Below, piece after piece: positions 10,138-20,764 of a stretch of DNA of 64,000 nucleotides. Origin of the DNA: Alphaproteobacteria bacterium (GTDB lineage Bacteria > Pseudomonadota > Alphaproteobacteria > Rhizobiales > OSC116). Numbering within the stretch: position 1 is the first letter of the stretch; each line of letters opens with the position of its first letter. The translations under genes and the position numbers were made by a program. The notes below the pieces were generated by a model. It saw only the letters and a program-made list of their open reading frames with translations, made no database searches and had not been told where the DNA came from. The stretch lies in NCBI GenBank assembly GCA_002400495.2, contig NVQL02000076.1, forward strand, positions 8,722 to 72,721. The letters run 5' to 3'.

Positions 10138-11150
10138 GTGATTTGTTGAAAAAGACTAATCTGGTTGGTGTGGCATCGGCGGCTTTATTGCTGAGTTTGA
10201 TATTGATCATCCCTGCGAGCAGAGACGTGGCTTTTGGTTTTTGGGATGGAGTGGTTGGCGGCAGGAATCATTTTAACCTATGGACAACGCTGAGCCGTGC
10301 GTCAATTATCATCGGCATGGCAATGGCTGCATTGGTGGCGTTTCGGGCGGGCTTGATAAATTTAGGCGGTGAGGGACAGCTGGTTTTGGGTGGGCTGGTT
10401 GCTGCATTGGTTGGTGTTTATGTGGATTTACCGCCAGTGTTATTGGCGGTTGTGGCGCTTGTCTCGGCAATGTTGGCGGCGGGGCTTTGGGCATTGCTAG
10501 CTGGTTGGCTTGACCGTGTGGTTGGTATGCCATTGCTGGTTGCCTCGTTATTATTAAACTATCCTGCGAATTATTTTGCTTCCTATTTGGTGTCTCATCC
10601 CTTGCGCGATGTGATGTCGGGCATATCGCAATCGCATAAAATTGACAAGGCGGCAAGGCTGCCGAGGTTTTCTGGCACTATATTGGATTATGGTATTTTT
10701 ATTGTGATCATTTTGGTGATTTTAATCGTATGGTTAGAGCGGAATTCGATATTTGGATATCGGCTTAGAATGCATGGTTATTCGGCTAAATTTGCTGAAG
10801 TGTCGGGTTTTCCGAGCGGTAAGATATTTTATCAGGCTTTGTTTATCAGCGGGGCGATTGCGGGTTTGGTTGGGTTTTTGGTGGTGTTTGGGTTTTCGCA
10901 GCGCTATATCGATGGGATGCTGACGGTGCCACTTTATGCGTGGACGGGTATTGTTGCGGTTTTGCTGGCAGCGATAACGCCGTGGATAGTGCCGATAACG
11001 GGCTTGTTATTTGCCATTTTGGCAACTGGGGCAGGCGGCATGGAACGGGTTGCGGGTATTCCGCGCGAGGCATCGCAAATTGTGCAGGGCATGATTATTT
11101 TATGGCTGGCGGCAACGGGTAAGCCGTTAAATTCAAAGGATGGACATTGA
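10134..11150 (+). CDS. Nucleoside ABC transporter permease
   Basis: FRAGLINLGGEGQ motif; multiple TM segments. Confidence 0.9.
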   Translation: MSDLLKKTNLVGVASAALLLSLILIIPASRDVAFGFWDGVVGGRNHFNLWTTLSRASIIIGMAMAALVAFRAGLINLGGEGQLVLGGLVAALVGVYVDLPPVLLAVVALVSAMLAAGLWALLAGWLDRVVGMPLLVASLLLNYPANYFASYLVSHPLRDVMSGISQSHKIDKAARLPRFSGTILDYGIFIVIILVILIVWLERNSIFGYRLRMHGYSAKFAEVSGFPSGKIFYQALFISGAIAGLVGFLVVFGFSQRYIDGMLTVPLYAWTGIVAVLLAAITPWIVPITGLLFAILATGAGGMERVAGIPREASQIVQGMIILWLAATGKPLNSKDGH

Positions 11151-12049
11151 ACATGATGCTTGATCCGACTTTTTTTGATTCAATCGCTCGGTTTATCACG
11201 CCGCTTTTGCTGGCTGCGTTGGGCGGGGCGTTATGCGATAGGGCGGCGGTGTTTAACATTGCGCTCGAAGGCATGATGTTGATCGGGGCGTTTTTTGGCG
11301 TGGTTGGCTCTTATTATTTTGGCAGTTGGCAGGCTGGCTTATTGTTTGCCATTTTATCGGGCTTTGCTAGTGGTGTGGTGTTTTCGTGGTTTTCGATCTA
11401 TCGCAAAGGTGATGATATTGTTGTCAGCATTGGTTTTAATATATTGGCATTGGGCTTGACGGTGTTTTTGCTGCGGTATTTGTTCAATACGCGCGGGCAA
11501 TTTGATGATCCTAATATTATTGGCGTGCCGCGCATTAGCATTCCGATTATTTCGGACATTCCTTATATTGGTAATTTATTTGCTAACCAGTCCATCTTAT
11601 TTTACTTCGCGATTATATTGGTGTTTCTGATTCAATTTCTATTATTCAGGCACAAATATGGGTTATATTTGCGGGCTGCTGGTGATAATATTATGGCGCT
11701 GCGCACTGCTGGTCTTTCGCCTGAGTTGATTCAAAGTGGGGCGGTGATTGCTTGCGGAATTTTATGCGCTTTGGCGGGGGCGCAATTGTCGATCTCGAGC
11801 GTGACATTATTTGCTGAGGGCATGAGCGCGGGGCGCGGGTGGATTGCCGTGGTGATCATTATGATGTGTGCGGGGCGGCCGTTGCTTATATTGCCTGCAG
11901 CGATATTTTTTGGCCTGTTGGACGCGATTGGTTTTCGCATTCAAGCTTTTGGTGTGCCGCAACAATTTACCGATTCATTGCCGTATGTTTTGGCCATATT
12001 CATCATGGCCATTGCGATTGGCCGAAGGCGTCGTAAGTTAAATAAATAA
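11147..12049 (+). CDS. Nucleoside ABC transporter permease
   Basis: FNIALEGMML, GRGWIA and LPYV motifs. Confidence 0.9.
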   Translation: MNMMLDPTFFDSIARFITPLLLAALGGALCDRAAVFNIALEGMMLIGAFFGVVGSYYFGSWQAGLLFAILSGFASGVVFSWFSIYRKGDDIVVSIGFNILALGLTVFLLRYLFNTRGQFDDPNIIGVPRISIPIISDIPYIGNLFANQSILFYFAIILVFLIQFLLFRHKYGLYLRAAGDNIMALRTAGLSPELIQSGAVIACGILCALAGAQLSISSVTLFAEGMSAGRGWIAVVIIMMCAGRPLLILPAAIFFGLLDAIGFRIQAFGVPQQFTDSLPYVLAIFIMAIAIGRRRRKLNK

Positions 12050-12077
12050 TTGATTTTATGGATGGGGGAAGATTTAC

Positions 12078-13400
12078 ATGACTGTATTTCCACAGGCAGC
12101 CGATATTTTAGTGCTTGGCGGTGAAATTTTAACCATGGATGGTAAATTTACTAGCTTTGAAGATGGGGCTATTGCGATATCGGACAGTAAAATTGTTGCT
12201 GTTGGGCATCAGGTAGACGCTGCAAATTGCGAGGCTTGTGATACCATAAATGCCGAAGGTATGTTGGTGACGCCTGGCCTGGTCAACACCCATTGCCATG
12301 CAGCCATGACTTTGTTTCGTGGTTTGGCCGATGATGTGCCGTTGGATTTGTTTTTAAAAACCGTATGGGCAGCCGAAGCTGAACATGTCAATTATAACAA
12401 TGTTTTTGCGGGGGCGACATTGGGCATTGCTGAAATGGCAATGGGCGGAATTACGCATTTTGTTGACATGTATATGGAACCCGAAGCGACAATTGCAGCC
12501 TCACGGAAAGTTGGCATTAGTTTAACTTCTGGGCCGATATTTATGGGTATAAATTCGGTGTCTAGCGATGAATGGCAGGAACAGATGCGGGTTGCTGATG
12601 CTTATTTATCGATAGCCAAAGACAAGCCTGACGTGCAGAATATGATTATGCCGCATTCGAGTTATGCGCTGGATATGGCGCAGTTAAAAGACTTGGTTGC
12701 ATTGGCGCAAAAATATGACATTCGGATGCACACTCATGGTGCGGAAGCGCCTTCGGAAATGAAATTGGTCGCGGCGCTGCATGATGGTGCGCGACCAATT
12801 GACGTGTTTGAAAGTGCGGGTGTTTTTGCGCAAGGTGGTACATTGATTGCGCATGCGGTGGATTTAACTGATGAAGAAATTACACGTATGGCGGATTGTG
12901 GCGTTTCGGTTTCTCATTGCCCATTATCTAACAGCAAACTGGCTTCGGGCATGGCGCGGGTGAGGGATTTGCGCGCTGCTGGTGTGACTGTTTCGCTGGG
13001 TACTGATGGAGCGTCTAGTGGAAATGATCTTGATTTGTGGAAGGCCATGCGGCTGGCGAGTTTTGTGTCGGCATTGTTAACCGAGCAGCCTGCGGTTTTG
13101 CCTGCGCGGGAAATATTTGCTATGGCGACACGTGAGGGTGCAAAAGCTCTCGGGCTTGAAGATGAATTTGGTACGCTTGAAGTTGGCAAACGTGCGGATA
13201 TTATGATGATTGATATGTCGGCTTTGCATTTAACGCCTAGCTATGATCCATATTCGTCGCTGGTGTTTGCAGCTGGGCGTGAGGATGTTTGCCATGTGAT
13301 TGCGAACGGTGCGCTAGTGGTCGAAAATAAGCAACTTATTGCCGATATTTCAAGCGAAATTATGCAGGTCAAAAGAGTTGCTGATCAGATATCGGTATAA
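12078..13400 (+). CDS. Amidohydrolase, MtaD/DadD-like nucleoside deaminase
   Basis: PGLVNTHCH, HGAE, AHAV, HCPLSNSKLASG and LGTDG metal-binding motifs; nucleoside operon context. Confidence 0.8.
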   Translation: MTVFPQAADILVLGGEILTMDGKFTSFEDGAIAISDSKIVAVGHQVDAANCEACDTINAEGMLVTPGLVNTHCHAAMTLFRGLADDVPLDLFLKTVWAAEAEHVNYNNVFAGATLGIAEMAMGGITHFVDMYMEPEATIAASRKVGISLTSGPIFMGINSVSSDEWQEQMRVADAYLSIAKDKPDVQNMIMPHSSYALDMAQLKDLVALAQKYDIRMHTHGAEAPSEMKLVAALHDGARPIDVFESAGVFAQGGTLIAHAVDLTDEEITRMADCGVSVSHCPLSNSKLASGMARVRDLRAAGVTVSLGTDGASSGNDLDLWKAMRLASFVSALLTEQPAVLPAREIFAMATREGAKALGLEDEFGTLEVGKRADIMMIDMSALHLTPSYDPYSSLVFAAGREDVCHVIANGALVVENKQLIADISSEIMQVKRVADQISV

Positions 13401-13431
13401 CCGTTGGGTGATGTTTATGGTGTTTTGAGGT

Positions 13432-13471
13432 GCCAAAACAATAGGTCAAGGGGGAGAATTATTGTTTTGGC
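13432..13471. terminator. Hairpin between convergent genes
   Basis: GCCAAAACAATA...TATTGTTTTGGC 12-bp inverted repeat. Confidence 0.5.
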
Positions 13472-13492
13472 TGTCGGGGGATGGAGTGTCTG

Positions 13493-15544
13493 TTAACGTA
13501 GACTGGCTTCGATATTACCGCCGTCAACAGTAAGAATATGGGCTGTCGTGCGCTCACTTTTGGCTAGCATCACAAAACCATCAGCGACATGTTTGGCTTC
13601 TACTTCACGATGTAATAAATTACCAGCCATATAGGTTTTTGTGTCTACGCCGCGGGCTTTGGAGCGGGTTTCGATGAATTCATCATCTAGTAAGCCCGAA
13701 CGAATGCGATCGGCATTAATGCCATTAACACGTATGTTATTTTCGCCTAGCTCTAGCGCGAGTTGTTTGACTAAAAATAGGGTTGTGGCTTTTGGTAGCC
13801 CATAAGCACCAAAACCTTTGCCGGGGTTTACGGCTTGTTTGGAGACGTTAAATAATAATTGCCCGCCAAAATCTTGTGTTTGCAGTATTTTGGCGGTTTG
13901 TTGAGCGAGTTTGTGATGGCTGAAAAAGTTCAAATTGAAGCTAGACATTAGTGTTTCATCATCCATTTCAACCATGCTGCTCTGCCACGCAGCGCCTGCA
14001 TTGCTGACCAAAATATCAACCCCACCAAAACGTTTTACGCACGCGGTCAATATATCATTTGCGGCATTTTCTTGGGTTATATCGCAAACCATATGTGCGT
14101 GGTCTTGGCCAAAATCGGCCTGAACTTGTTTTAAAGCGGCTTCATCTCTATCTACCAGAAACAGGTTTGCGCCTTGGTCTTTAAATGCTTTTGCGCTGGC
14201 TACACCTATGGCACCCGCAGCGCCTGTTACGACGACAATTTTGCCGTTAAAAACTTTGGGTTTTGCGCTGCCTAATTTGGCTTGCTCGAGTGACCAATAT
14301 TCCATTTCGAATAAATCTTTATCGCCAATTGGGTAAAAACCACCATTGGCTTGCGCCCATTGCATAACTTGGCAAGTTTGCTCGCCAATATCGGCGGCAA
14401 TGCGGGCTGCGCTGGCGTTTGCGCCTATGCCTAAAATACCTAGGCCTGGAATCCACGCTAAGTTTGGCGTGGGGCATAGCATTGTTTTGCTGTCTGCGGA
14501 GAGTTTTACTTGTTGGTTGAAATAGGCTTTATATTGTTGAATGAATTCTGCAACGGCGGTTTGAATGCCAGCTTTGCCTTGTGCCAATATATCGGCGGTT
14601 AATAGCAAGGGATGGCCTTTGGTGCGAATGACGTGGTCAGGTGTTGCCACACCGCGTGTCGCCAATTCTGCAAGATCATCACGCATTAAGAATGATAAGT
14701 TTTCGCTTGATGAGCGTAGGTCAAATATGGGAGCGGCACAGTCTGGATCTGCTGTATGTTTGGCAATTTCTGTCGATAAAACGCCACGTAGAATGGGTAA
14801 TATTTCTGAGGCGATTTGGATTTTTTGTGGGGTTTTGATTTCGGGTTTGGTGTTTTTGGTTAGCCAATCCTCGACTAAATTGACATGCTCGATCATTAAA
14901 TCGTATGATTTCTTGGCGCTATTTGCAAAGGTGAAATGCCCATGATTAATAAGCATCATGCCTTCGATATCGGGGTTGGCATCAAATATATCTGCTGCGG
15001 TTTTGGAGAGTGAGAAACCCGGCATAATGTAAGGCACAAGGGCAACGCGATCGCCAAAGATTTGTTTGGTTATTTTCTCGACATCAGGGAGGTTTGCCAA
15101 TGCTAACATCGAGGTTGCGTGGGTATGATCTACAAATTTATGGGGAATATAGGCGTGTAATAAGGTTTCGACTGAAGGGTTGGGTGATTTGCTATCTAAT
15201 AAGTTTGAACGTTGGATATTGACCATATCCTCATCTGATAGAGTTTCTAAATTTCGCAAATTGGCTAATGGTGCCATATTAACAGCGGGCAAGCCTGGGG
15301 CTTGGATGGTTTCTAAATCCCAACCGCTGCCTTTAACATGTAAAACCTTTATTGAGTTTCCAAAAATATCTGTCCGATCGACCTTAACCGAGGTATTCCC
15401 CCCACCATGCATGACGAGATCGGGGTTTTGCCCTAAAAGTTGAGATGTATAAACACGAAGTGCCAATTGTTGGTCTGCTGAATCTTCGCCCGCTTCAGTT
15501 AAAAATTGTTCTGCAATCTTTGTATTCCATAAATTTTCGACCAT
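13493..15544 (-). CDS. Bifunctional class II aldolase / short-chain dehydrogenase (RhaD-like fusion)
   Basis: GGGNTSVK, PSVETLLH, DHTH and NHG in the aldolase domain; TGAAGAIG, NAG and YGLPK in the SDR domain; start moved to ATG 15544 behind AGGAAA. Confidence 0.9.
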   Translation of the reverse strand: MVENLWNTKIAEQFLTEAGEDSADQQLALRVYTSQLLGQNPDLVMHGGGNTSVKVDRTDIFGNSIKVLHVKGSGWDLETIQAPGLPAVNMAPLANLRNLETLSDEDMVNIQRSNLLDSKSPNPSVETLLHAYIPHKFVDHTHATSMLALANLPDVEKITKQIFGDRVALVPYIMPGFSLSKTAADIFDANPDIEGMMLINHGHFTFANSAKKSYDLMIEHVNLVEDWLTKNTKPEIKTPQKIQIASEILPILRGVLSTEIAKHTADPDCAAPIFDLRSSSENLSFLMRDDLAELATRGVATPDHVIRTKGHPLLLTADILAQGKAGIQTAVAEFIQQYKAYFNQQVKLSADSKTMLCPTPNLAWIPGLGILGIGANASAARIAADIGEQTCQVMQWAQANGGFYPIGDKDLFEMEYWSLEQAKLGSAKPKVFNGKIVVVTGAAGAIGVASAKAFKDQGANLFLVDRDEAALKQVQADFGQDHAHMVCDITQENAANDILTACVKRFGGVDILVSNAGAAWQSSMVEMDDETLMSSFNLNFFSHHKLAQQTAKILQTQDFGGQLLFNVSKQAVNPGKGFGAYGLPKATTLFLVKQLALELGENNIRVNGINADRIRSGLLDDEFIETRSKARGVDTKTYMAGNLLHREVEAKHVADGFVMLAKSERTTAHILTVDGGNIEASLR

Positions 15545-15581
15545 TATGACATTTCCTATATATAATTTACCATTACCTCTA

Positions 15582-15610
15582 TTTGACAAATATCAGATAC
15601 ACTTGTCAAA
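15582..15610. promoter_or_regulatory. Palindromic site/divergent promoter, candidate SorC-family operator
   Basis: TTTGACA-N15-TGTCAAA between the divergent aldolase and regulator genes. Confidence 0.45.
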
Positions 15611-15712
15611 TGAAAAATAATAATTTCATACTGATTCTATTGTTGAATATTTTTTTTGGTCGGTTTAAGCTTAATACAAGTATTTGCTGCAAAAAGGAGC
15701 ATTGGGATTTAT

Positions 15713-16699
15713 ATGGCATCGATTAGTAAAAGGCGTTCATCAGGCCAAGTGAGTGGAGACGAAATAGTGGTTGAGACTGCTTGGCTCTACTATCATGACG
15801 AGCTGAACCAAACCGAGATTGCTAAAAAATTAGATGTCTCGCGGGCTACAGTGGTTAATTATTTGCAAGAAGCGCGAGAGAAGGGGTTTATACGCTTAAC
15901 CTTATCTCCCAGTGTGTTTTCTGGGCATAAATTATCGCATATTTTGCGCAAACGTTTTGGCTTGAAGTCGGTTTTGATTATTCCTGATGGGGACAAACAA
16001 GAAGCTCAAAAAAGTGAGCGTGTTGCCCGTGCTGCTGCTGAATGGTTGCCTGATTTATTGGAAGTTGGTGACACATTGGGTGTGGCTTGGGGGCAAACGT
16101 TATTTCAAGTTGCAGATAGCTTGGTGGCTTCACCCATTAAAGATTTAAAAGTTGTGCAATTGATCGGGTCGATGGCAACGCCTTATGGGTTTGATGCTGA
16201 AATTGTATCTGCTAATTTGGCTTTAGGGTTGGGCGCGCAGTGTGTGAACTTGCATGCTCCTGCAGTTTTAACCAGTGTTGAACTGGCCAAACAGCTCAAA
16301 GCTGAGCCGATTATTTCTAAACAATTAGAAGCTTTGAAAGATTGCAATAAAGCGATTTTTGCAGCTGGTTCTTGCACCCCAGAAAGCCATGTGGTTAGCG
16401 GTGGCTTGGCGACGCAGAGTGACCTTAAATATTATATTTCAAAGGGCGCTGTTGGCGTGCTATGTGGGCAATTTATTGATGGCAATGGCAAGGCTGTCGC
16501 AGGGCCGTTAGAAGAAAGAATAATCGGTGTAGAGCTTAAAAATTTGGTTGGGCTTGAAATGGGCTTGTTGGTGTCTGCAGGTGTTGACAAAGCAAGAGCT
16601 ATGCTAGCGGTTATGAAGGGCGGCTACACAACCCACCTTGTGACCAATGCAACCACAGCGGCCAAGATTATTACCTTGGCCGATGAAGAAAATATCTGA
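15713..16699 (+). CDS. SorC/DeoR-type sugar-binding transcriptional regulator
   Basis: AWLYYHDELNQTEIAKKLDVSRATV HTH; LGVAWGQT and GAVG sugar-binding domain motifs. Confidence 0.92.
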   Translation: MASISKRRSSGQVSGDEIVVETAWLYYHDELNQTEIAKKLDVSRATVVNYLQEAREKGFIRLTLSPSVFSGHKLSHILRKRFGLKSVLIIPDGDKQEAQKSERVARAAAEWLPDLLEVGDTLGVAWGQTLFQVADSLVASPIKDLKVVQLIGSMATPYGFDAEIVSANLALGLGAQCVNLHAPAVLTSVELAKQLKAEPIISKQLEALKDCNKAIFAAGSCTPESHVVSGGLATQSDLKYYISKGAVGVLCGQFIDGNGKAVAGPLEERIIGVELKNLVGLEMGLLVSAGVDKARAMLAVMKGGYTTHLVTNATTAAKIITLADEENI

Positions 16700-16701
16700 A
16701 T

Positions 16702-17796
16702 TTAAGCATGCTCTGGAAATAGTTTTAGCATCGCTTCATTATTGGCTGCACATACGCCGCGTTCGGTGATTAAGCCCGTGATTAAGTTTGCTGGTGTTAC
16801 ATCAAACGCAGGGTTGCCGCCTGGTGTGCTATCTGGCGAAATTTGCACAGATGTTACTGTGCCATCTGCCAATTTACCATATACATGCGTAACTTCTTTG
16901 CCTGTTCTCTCCTCAATGGGGATTTCTTTAATGCCATCATTAACCGTCCAGTCGATGGTGGGTGAGGGCAGAGCCACATAGAATGGAACGTTATTGGCTT
17001 TTGCTGCGAGGGCTTTTAAATAGGTGCCAATTTTGTTGCACACATCGCCTTGCGCTGTGGTGCGGTCTGTGCCGACAATCACCAAATCGACTTGCCCATG
17101 TTGCATCAAATGGCCGCCTGCATTATCGACTATTAAGGTATGTGGCACGCCATGGCCTGCCATTTCCCAACTGGTCAATTGTGCGCCTTGGTTACGCGGG
17201 CGGGTTTCATCGACCCATATGTGAATGGGAATGCCAGCTTCTTGGGCATGATACATGGCCGAGGTTGCGGTGCCCCAATCAACAGTTGCGAGCCAGCCAG
17301 CGTTGCAATGGGTGAGGATATTAATGGTTTCCCCCGGCTTTTTCTTGGCGGCAATCTCGCGAATGATAGCGAGGCCATTTTCGCCAATTTTTCGGTTAAT
17401 TTCGACATCTTCATCGCAGATTTCTATGGCTAATTTATAGGCGGCTTCGAGGCGCTCGTTTGGGGCGAGGGGCAATAAGACAGATTTTACACGGTCGAGC
17501 GCCCATCTTAGGTTGATGGCGGTCGGGCGAGTTTTGTTGAGCGCTTGCCAAGATTGTTCTACATATGCATCGCTCGTGTCTTCGGCCATGGCTAAAGCCA
17601 TACCATATGCTGCGGTTGCGCCAATAAGTGGGGCGCCACGCACCAGCATGTCGGCAATGGCTATTTCGGCATCTTTGCGGCTGGTTAAATCTACGATTTT
17701 AAATTCGTGTGGCAATAAGCGTTGTTCAATTATTTTTACAGTGCGCCCATCATCATCAAGCCAGATTGATCTATAATGTTTGTCTTGTACTTTCAT
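16702..17796 (-). CDS. mtnA: S-methyl-5-thioribose-1-phosphate isomerase
   Basis: [41 protein letters not shown] and NPAFDVTP motifs. Confidence 0.95.
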   Translation of the reverse strand: MKVQDKHYRSIWLDDDGRTVKIIEQRLLPHEFKIVDLTSRKDAEIAIADMLVRGAPLIGATAAYGMALAMAEDTSDAYVEQSWQALNKTRPTAINLRWALDRVKSVLLPLAPNERLEAAYKLAIEICDEDVEINRKIGENGLAIIREIAAKKKPGETINILTHCNAGWLATVDWGTATSAMYHAQEAGIPIHIWVDETRPRNQGAQLTSWEMAGHGVPHTLIVDNAGGHLMQHGQVDLVIVGTDRTTAQGDVCNKIGTYLKALAAKANNVPFYVALPSPTIDWTVNDGIKEIPIEERTGKEVTHVYGKLADGTVTSVQISPDSTPGGNPAFDVTPANLITGLITERGVCAANNEAMLKLFPEHA

Positions 17797-19061
17797 AGCT
17801 TGCTGTCTTTCTCAATTTTTACGATAAATTGGTTGATATTGTCTATATTTTCAAATTTTTTGCTTTGAGTTATGAGCTTGCGCCCCATGGCGATGCAGTT
17901 TTTTTCGACATTGGCGCGCGCTTTAATGTCTTCAATTGTATCAATTTCCATAATGTGCGCGAGGCCGATGGTGCGCCTGATCATCTCGGCACCCGCAAAG
18001 CCGATGGCGTCTTGCCAAATTGTGGTTAGCAGTTGGGTCAGAGCCTCGTCGCTAGCGTTTTGATGGCCTTGGTCTTTGAATAATTTGTCTTCAAATAAAA
18101 TACCATTGCGTTCTGTTTGCCAAAGGTTTGAAAATTCTTGGGTAAATGATATCCAAATTTTTTCGACTATTTTTAGAATCCATTTGCGGTAATCATCACG
18201 ATTGTCATCGGTAGTTTGATGACCTTGTTGCGCAAAATAGGCCATCCAAAAATTAGCGAGTAGCATGCCGACATCAAAACCTATAGGACCGTAAGTGGCA
18301 AATTCGGGGTCAATTATCGACGTTTCATTTTGCGTGACCATGATTGATCCTGTATGCAAATCGCCATGCAGTAGGGTTTCATTTTGAGTGAAAAATTTAG
18401 CTTTTAGAATTTGAACGGCTATTTTTAATTCAACGTCTTTACGTAGATCGCTGACCACTGCGTCTAAAGCTGGGGAATTAATATTATTGCTGTCAGCATC
18501 GTAATAGGGGTCGGTAAATACCAGATCTTCAGTTATGTTGCAAAGGGCTACATTGTCGGAAAATATGGCTAAATCGGCCTTAAAAGCAGGAGCGGTCAGT
18601 GAGTAACTTGAGCCTCGAAATAACGTTTGAGCGCAGAATATACCCATATCATGCGCTAGGTTTTTGTGTTTTATGCCGTCTTTTAAGCTATGGCGTAAAA
18701 TAACGTGTGGCTGCATAAATTGCATGACCAAAATAGCTTGTTTTTGGTTGAAATAATAAACCTCTGGAACCAAATTATTTGTGCGCTCTGCTTGACGCAC
18801 TAAAGCCTCATGTTCAAAGAAAGCGCGCTTTAAAGTTAGTGGCCAGCTTTCGCCCACCACGCGGACATAGGGCAGTGCTTGTTTGACGATTAATTTGCCT
18901 TTTGGGCCTTGTACAATGAAAACTAAATTTAAATTGCCATCGCCAACTTCATTTGAAGTCCATAAATTAGGGTCGTCACCAAGCCTTGCTTTTAGCGTGT
19001 TAATGTCGCCCAATCGGGTGCTAAGTGTTTCAATTGTTAACTCTTTATAGTCTTCCGACAT
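17793..19061 (-). CDS. mtnK: S-methyl-5-thioribose kinase
   Basis: [34 protein letters not shown] and EMIRR motifs. Confidence 0.95.
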   Translation of the reverse strand: MSEDYKELTIETLSTRLGDINTLKARLGDDPNLWTSNEVGDGNLNLVFIVQGPKGKLIVKQALPYVRVVGESWPLTLKRAFFEHEALVRQAERTNNLVPEVYYFNQKQAILVMQFMQPHVILRHSLKDGIKHKNLAHDMGIFCAQTLFRGSSYSLTAPAFKADLAIFSDNVALCNITEDLVFTDPYYDADSNNINSPALDAVVSDLRKDVELKIAVQILKAKFFTQNETLLHGDLHTGSIMVTQNETSIIDPEFATYGPIGFDVGMLLANFWMAYFAQQGHQTTDDNRDDYRKWILKIVEKIWISFTQEFSNLWQTERNGILFEDKLFKDQGHQNASDEALTQLLTTIWQDAIGFAGAEMIRRTIGLAHIMEIDTIEDIKARANVEKNCIAMGRKLITQSKKFENIDNINQFIVKIEKDSKL

Positions 19062-19120
19062 TCAAAACTCCCTTTTATTGAATGTAATTGGTTTTGTTAG
19101 TTTCGCTTGATTTAGCAAGA

Positions 19121-19162
19121 GTGACAAAATTTATATCAATTGTCAATATGATTTGACATTTG
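19121..19162. promoter_or_regulatory. TGACA/TGTCA repeat cluster, candidate operator/promoter
   Basis: TGACA-N14-TGTCAA-N6-TTGACATTTG between the divergent mtnK and ABC genes. Confidence 0.45.
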
Positions 19163-19210
19163 ATATATTTTGCTTTTAAGTTAGGCGAAATAGAGGGACG
19201 ATTAAACCGA

Positions 19211-20764
19211 ATGGGTAAAGTTAATTCATCGATAAAACTAACTGGGCTTGAAAAGAGTTTCGGCTCAAACCGTGTTCTACGCGGCATAGATTTAGATATT
19301 CCTGCAGGGGAGGTCACCATTTTAATGGGCGCAAATGGTGCAGGAAAATCTACCTTGGTTAAAGTTATGTGCGGTGTGCATAAGGCGGATTCTGGCACGA
19401 TATATTTGGCGGGAGAAGAATTTAATCCACAGACACCCGCTGAGGCCATCAAGGCCGGCATCGTGACTGTGCATCAAAATATTAATGATGGTGTGGTGCC
19501 TGATTTAGATGTTGCGTCTAACCTTATGTTGGACGTATTGGCGAACCCTCATAGTTCGGTTTTTTTATTGCCGTCGAAAATTAGAAAATCGGCGAAACAA
19601 GCGGCCGAAAGGCTTGGGCTTGATTTGGATATGAGAGCGCCCGTACACAGCTTATCGCTTGCTGATAAACAGCTTGTTGCAATCACCCGCGCCATGGCTC
19701 ATGAGCCTAATTTACTTATATTGGATGAACCAACTTCGTCGCTGTCTTTATCGGAAACCCAAAGATTATTTGAATTGCTAGATAGGCTGAAAGCGCGTGG
19801 TGTGGCGATATTATATATTTCTCATCGTATGTCAGACATTAAACGTATGGCAGACCGCATTGTTAGTATGCGAGATGGCGAAGTGAGTGGTGTGTTTGAA
19901 GGTGATGATTTAGATTATATCGGTGCGGTAAATGCCATGCTTGGGCGTAAAATAGCGGATGTTGATATACAGATTCCTGAAGTTGGTGCGCCCGTATTGG
20001 AGCTTGAAAATATTCAATTATTGCCTAGCTCGAAGCCATTTTCGTTGGCAGCGCATAAAAACGAAATTATTGTGATTACAGGTTTGGTTGGCGTTGGGAA
20101 ATCGCTACTTGCTTCGGTTTTATTTGGGCGCGAAGCTTTGTTCAAGGGTGAGATATCCTTGAATGGCCAAAAATACAATCCTAAAAATATCACCGATGCG
20201 ATTAATGAAGGGGTGTTTTTATGCGCCAAGGACCGTGGCACGAATGGCATCATTCCAGAATTTAATATCAGTCATAATATATCACTGCCATTTTTATCGA
20301 CATTATCGAAATTTGGCTTTATTGGCCGCGGCGCGGAACGAGGTTTTGCCAAAACCGCCATAAAAGATTTGGGCATTATTTGCCAAGGTGAAGATGACAA
20401 TATTGAAGAACTTTCTGGCGGTAATCAACAAAAGGTCATGGTGGCTAGATGGTTGATGAAAAGCTCAAAATTACTAATTTTAGATGAACCTTTCCAAGGT
20501 GTTGATATTGCAGCGCGGCGCGATATTGGCAATAAATTACGCGAAACCGCCAAGGATAGAGCGACGATTGTTTTTGTCACAGAATTGGATGAGGCGCTTG
20601 AAATAGCCGATCGAATTTTTGTGATGTCAGAACATGGCGTGGTGGGCGAGCATAGAAATATGAATGCGGATGCTGATTTGATATTGGCGCAAGTTTTGGG
20701 TGATCAGGTTATGGATAAACGGATGAATAAGAATATTGGAATTAGTGAAGGAGCTGCCTTGTGA
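19211..20764 (+). CDS. Sugar ABC transporter ATP-binding protein (RbsA-like)
   Basis: GANGAGKST, LDEPTSSL, LSGGNQQK; start moved to ATG 19211. Confidence 0.92.
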   Translation: MGKVNSSIKLTGLEKSFGSNRVLRGIDLDIPAGEVTILMGANGAGKSTLVKVMCGVHKADSGTIYLAGEEFNPQTPAEAIKAGIVTVHQNINDGVVPDLDVASNLMLDVLANPHSSVFLLPSKIRKSAKQAAERLGLDLDMRAPVHSLSLADKQLVAITRAMAHEPNLLILDEPTSSLSLSETQRLFELLDRLKARGVAILYISHRMSDIKRMADRIVSMRDGEVSGVFEGDDLDYIGAVNAMLGRKIADVDIQIPEVGAPVLELENIQLLPSSKPFSLAAHKNEIIVITGLVGVGKSLLASVLFGREALFKGEISLNGQKYNPKNITDAINEGVFLCAKDRGTNGIIPEFNISHNISLPFLSTLSKFGFIGRGAERGFAKTAIKDLGIICQGEDDNIEELSGGNQQKVMVARWLMKSSKLLILDEPFQGVDIAARRDIGNKLRETAKDRATIVFVTELDEALEIADRIFVMSEHGVVGEHRNMNADADLILAQVLGDQVMDKRMNKNIGISEGAAL

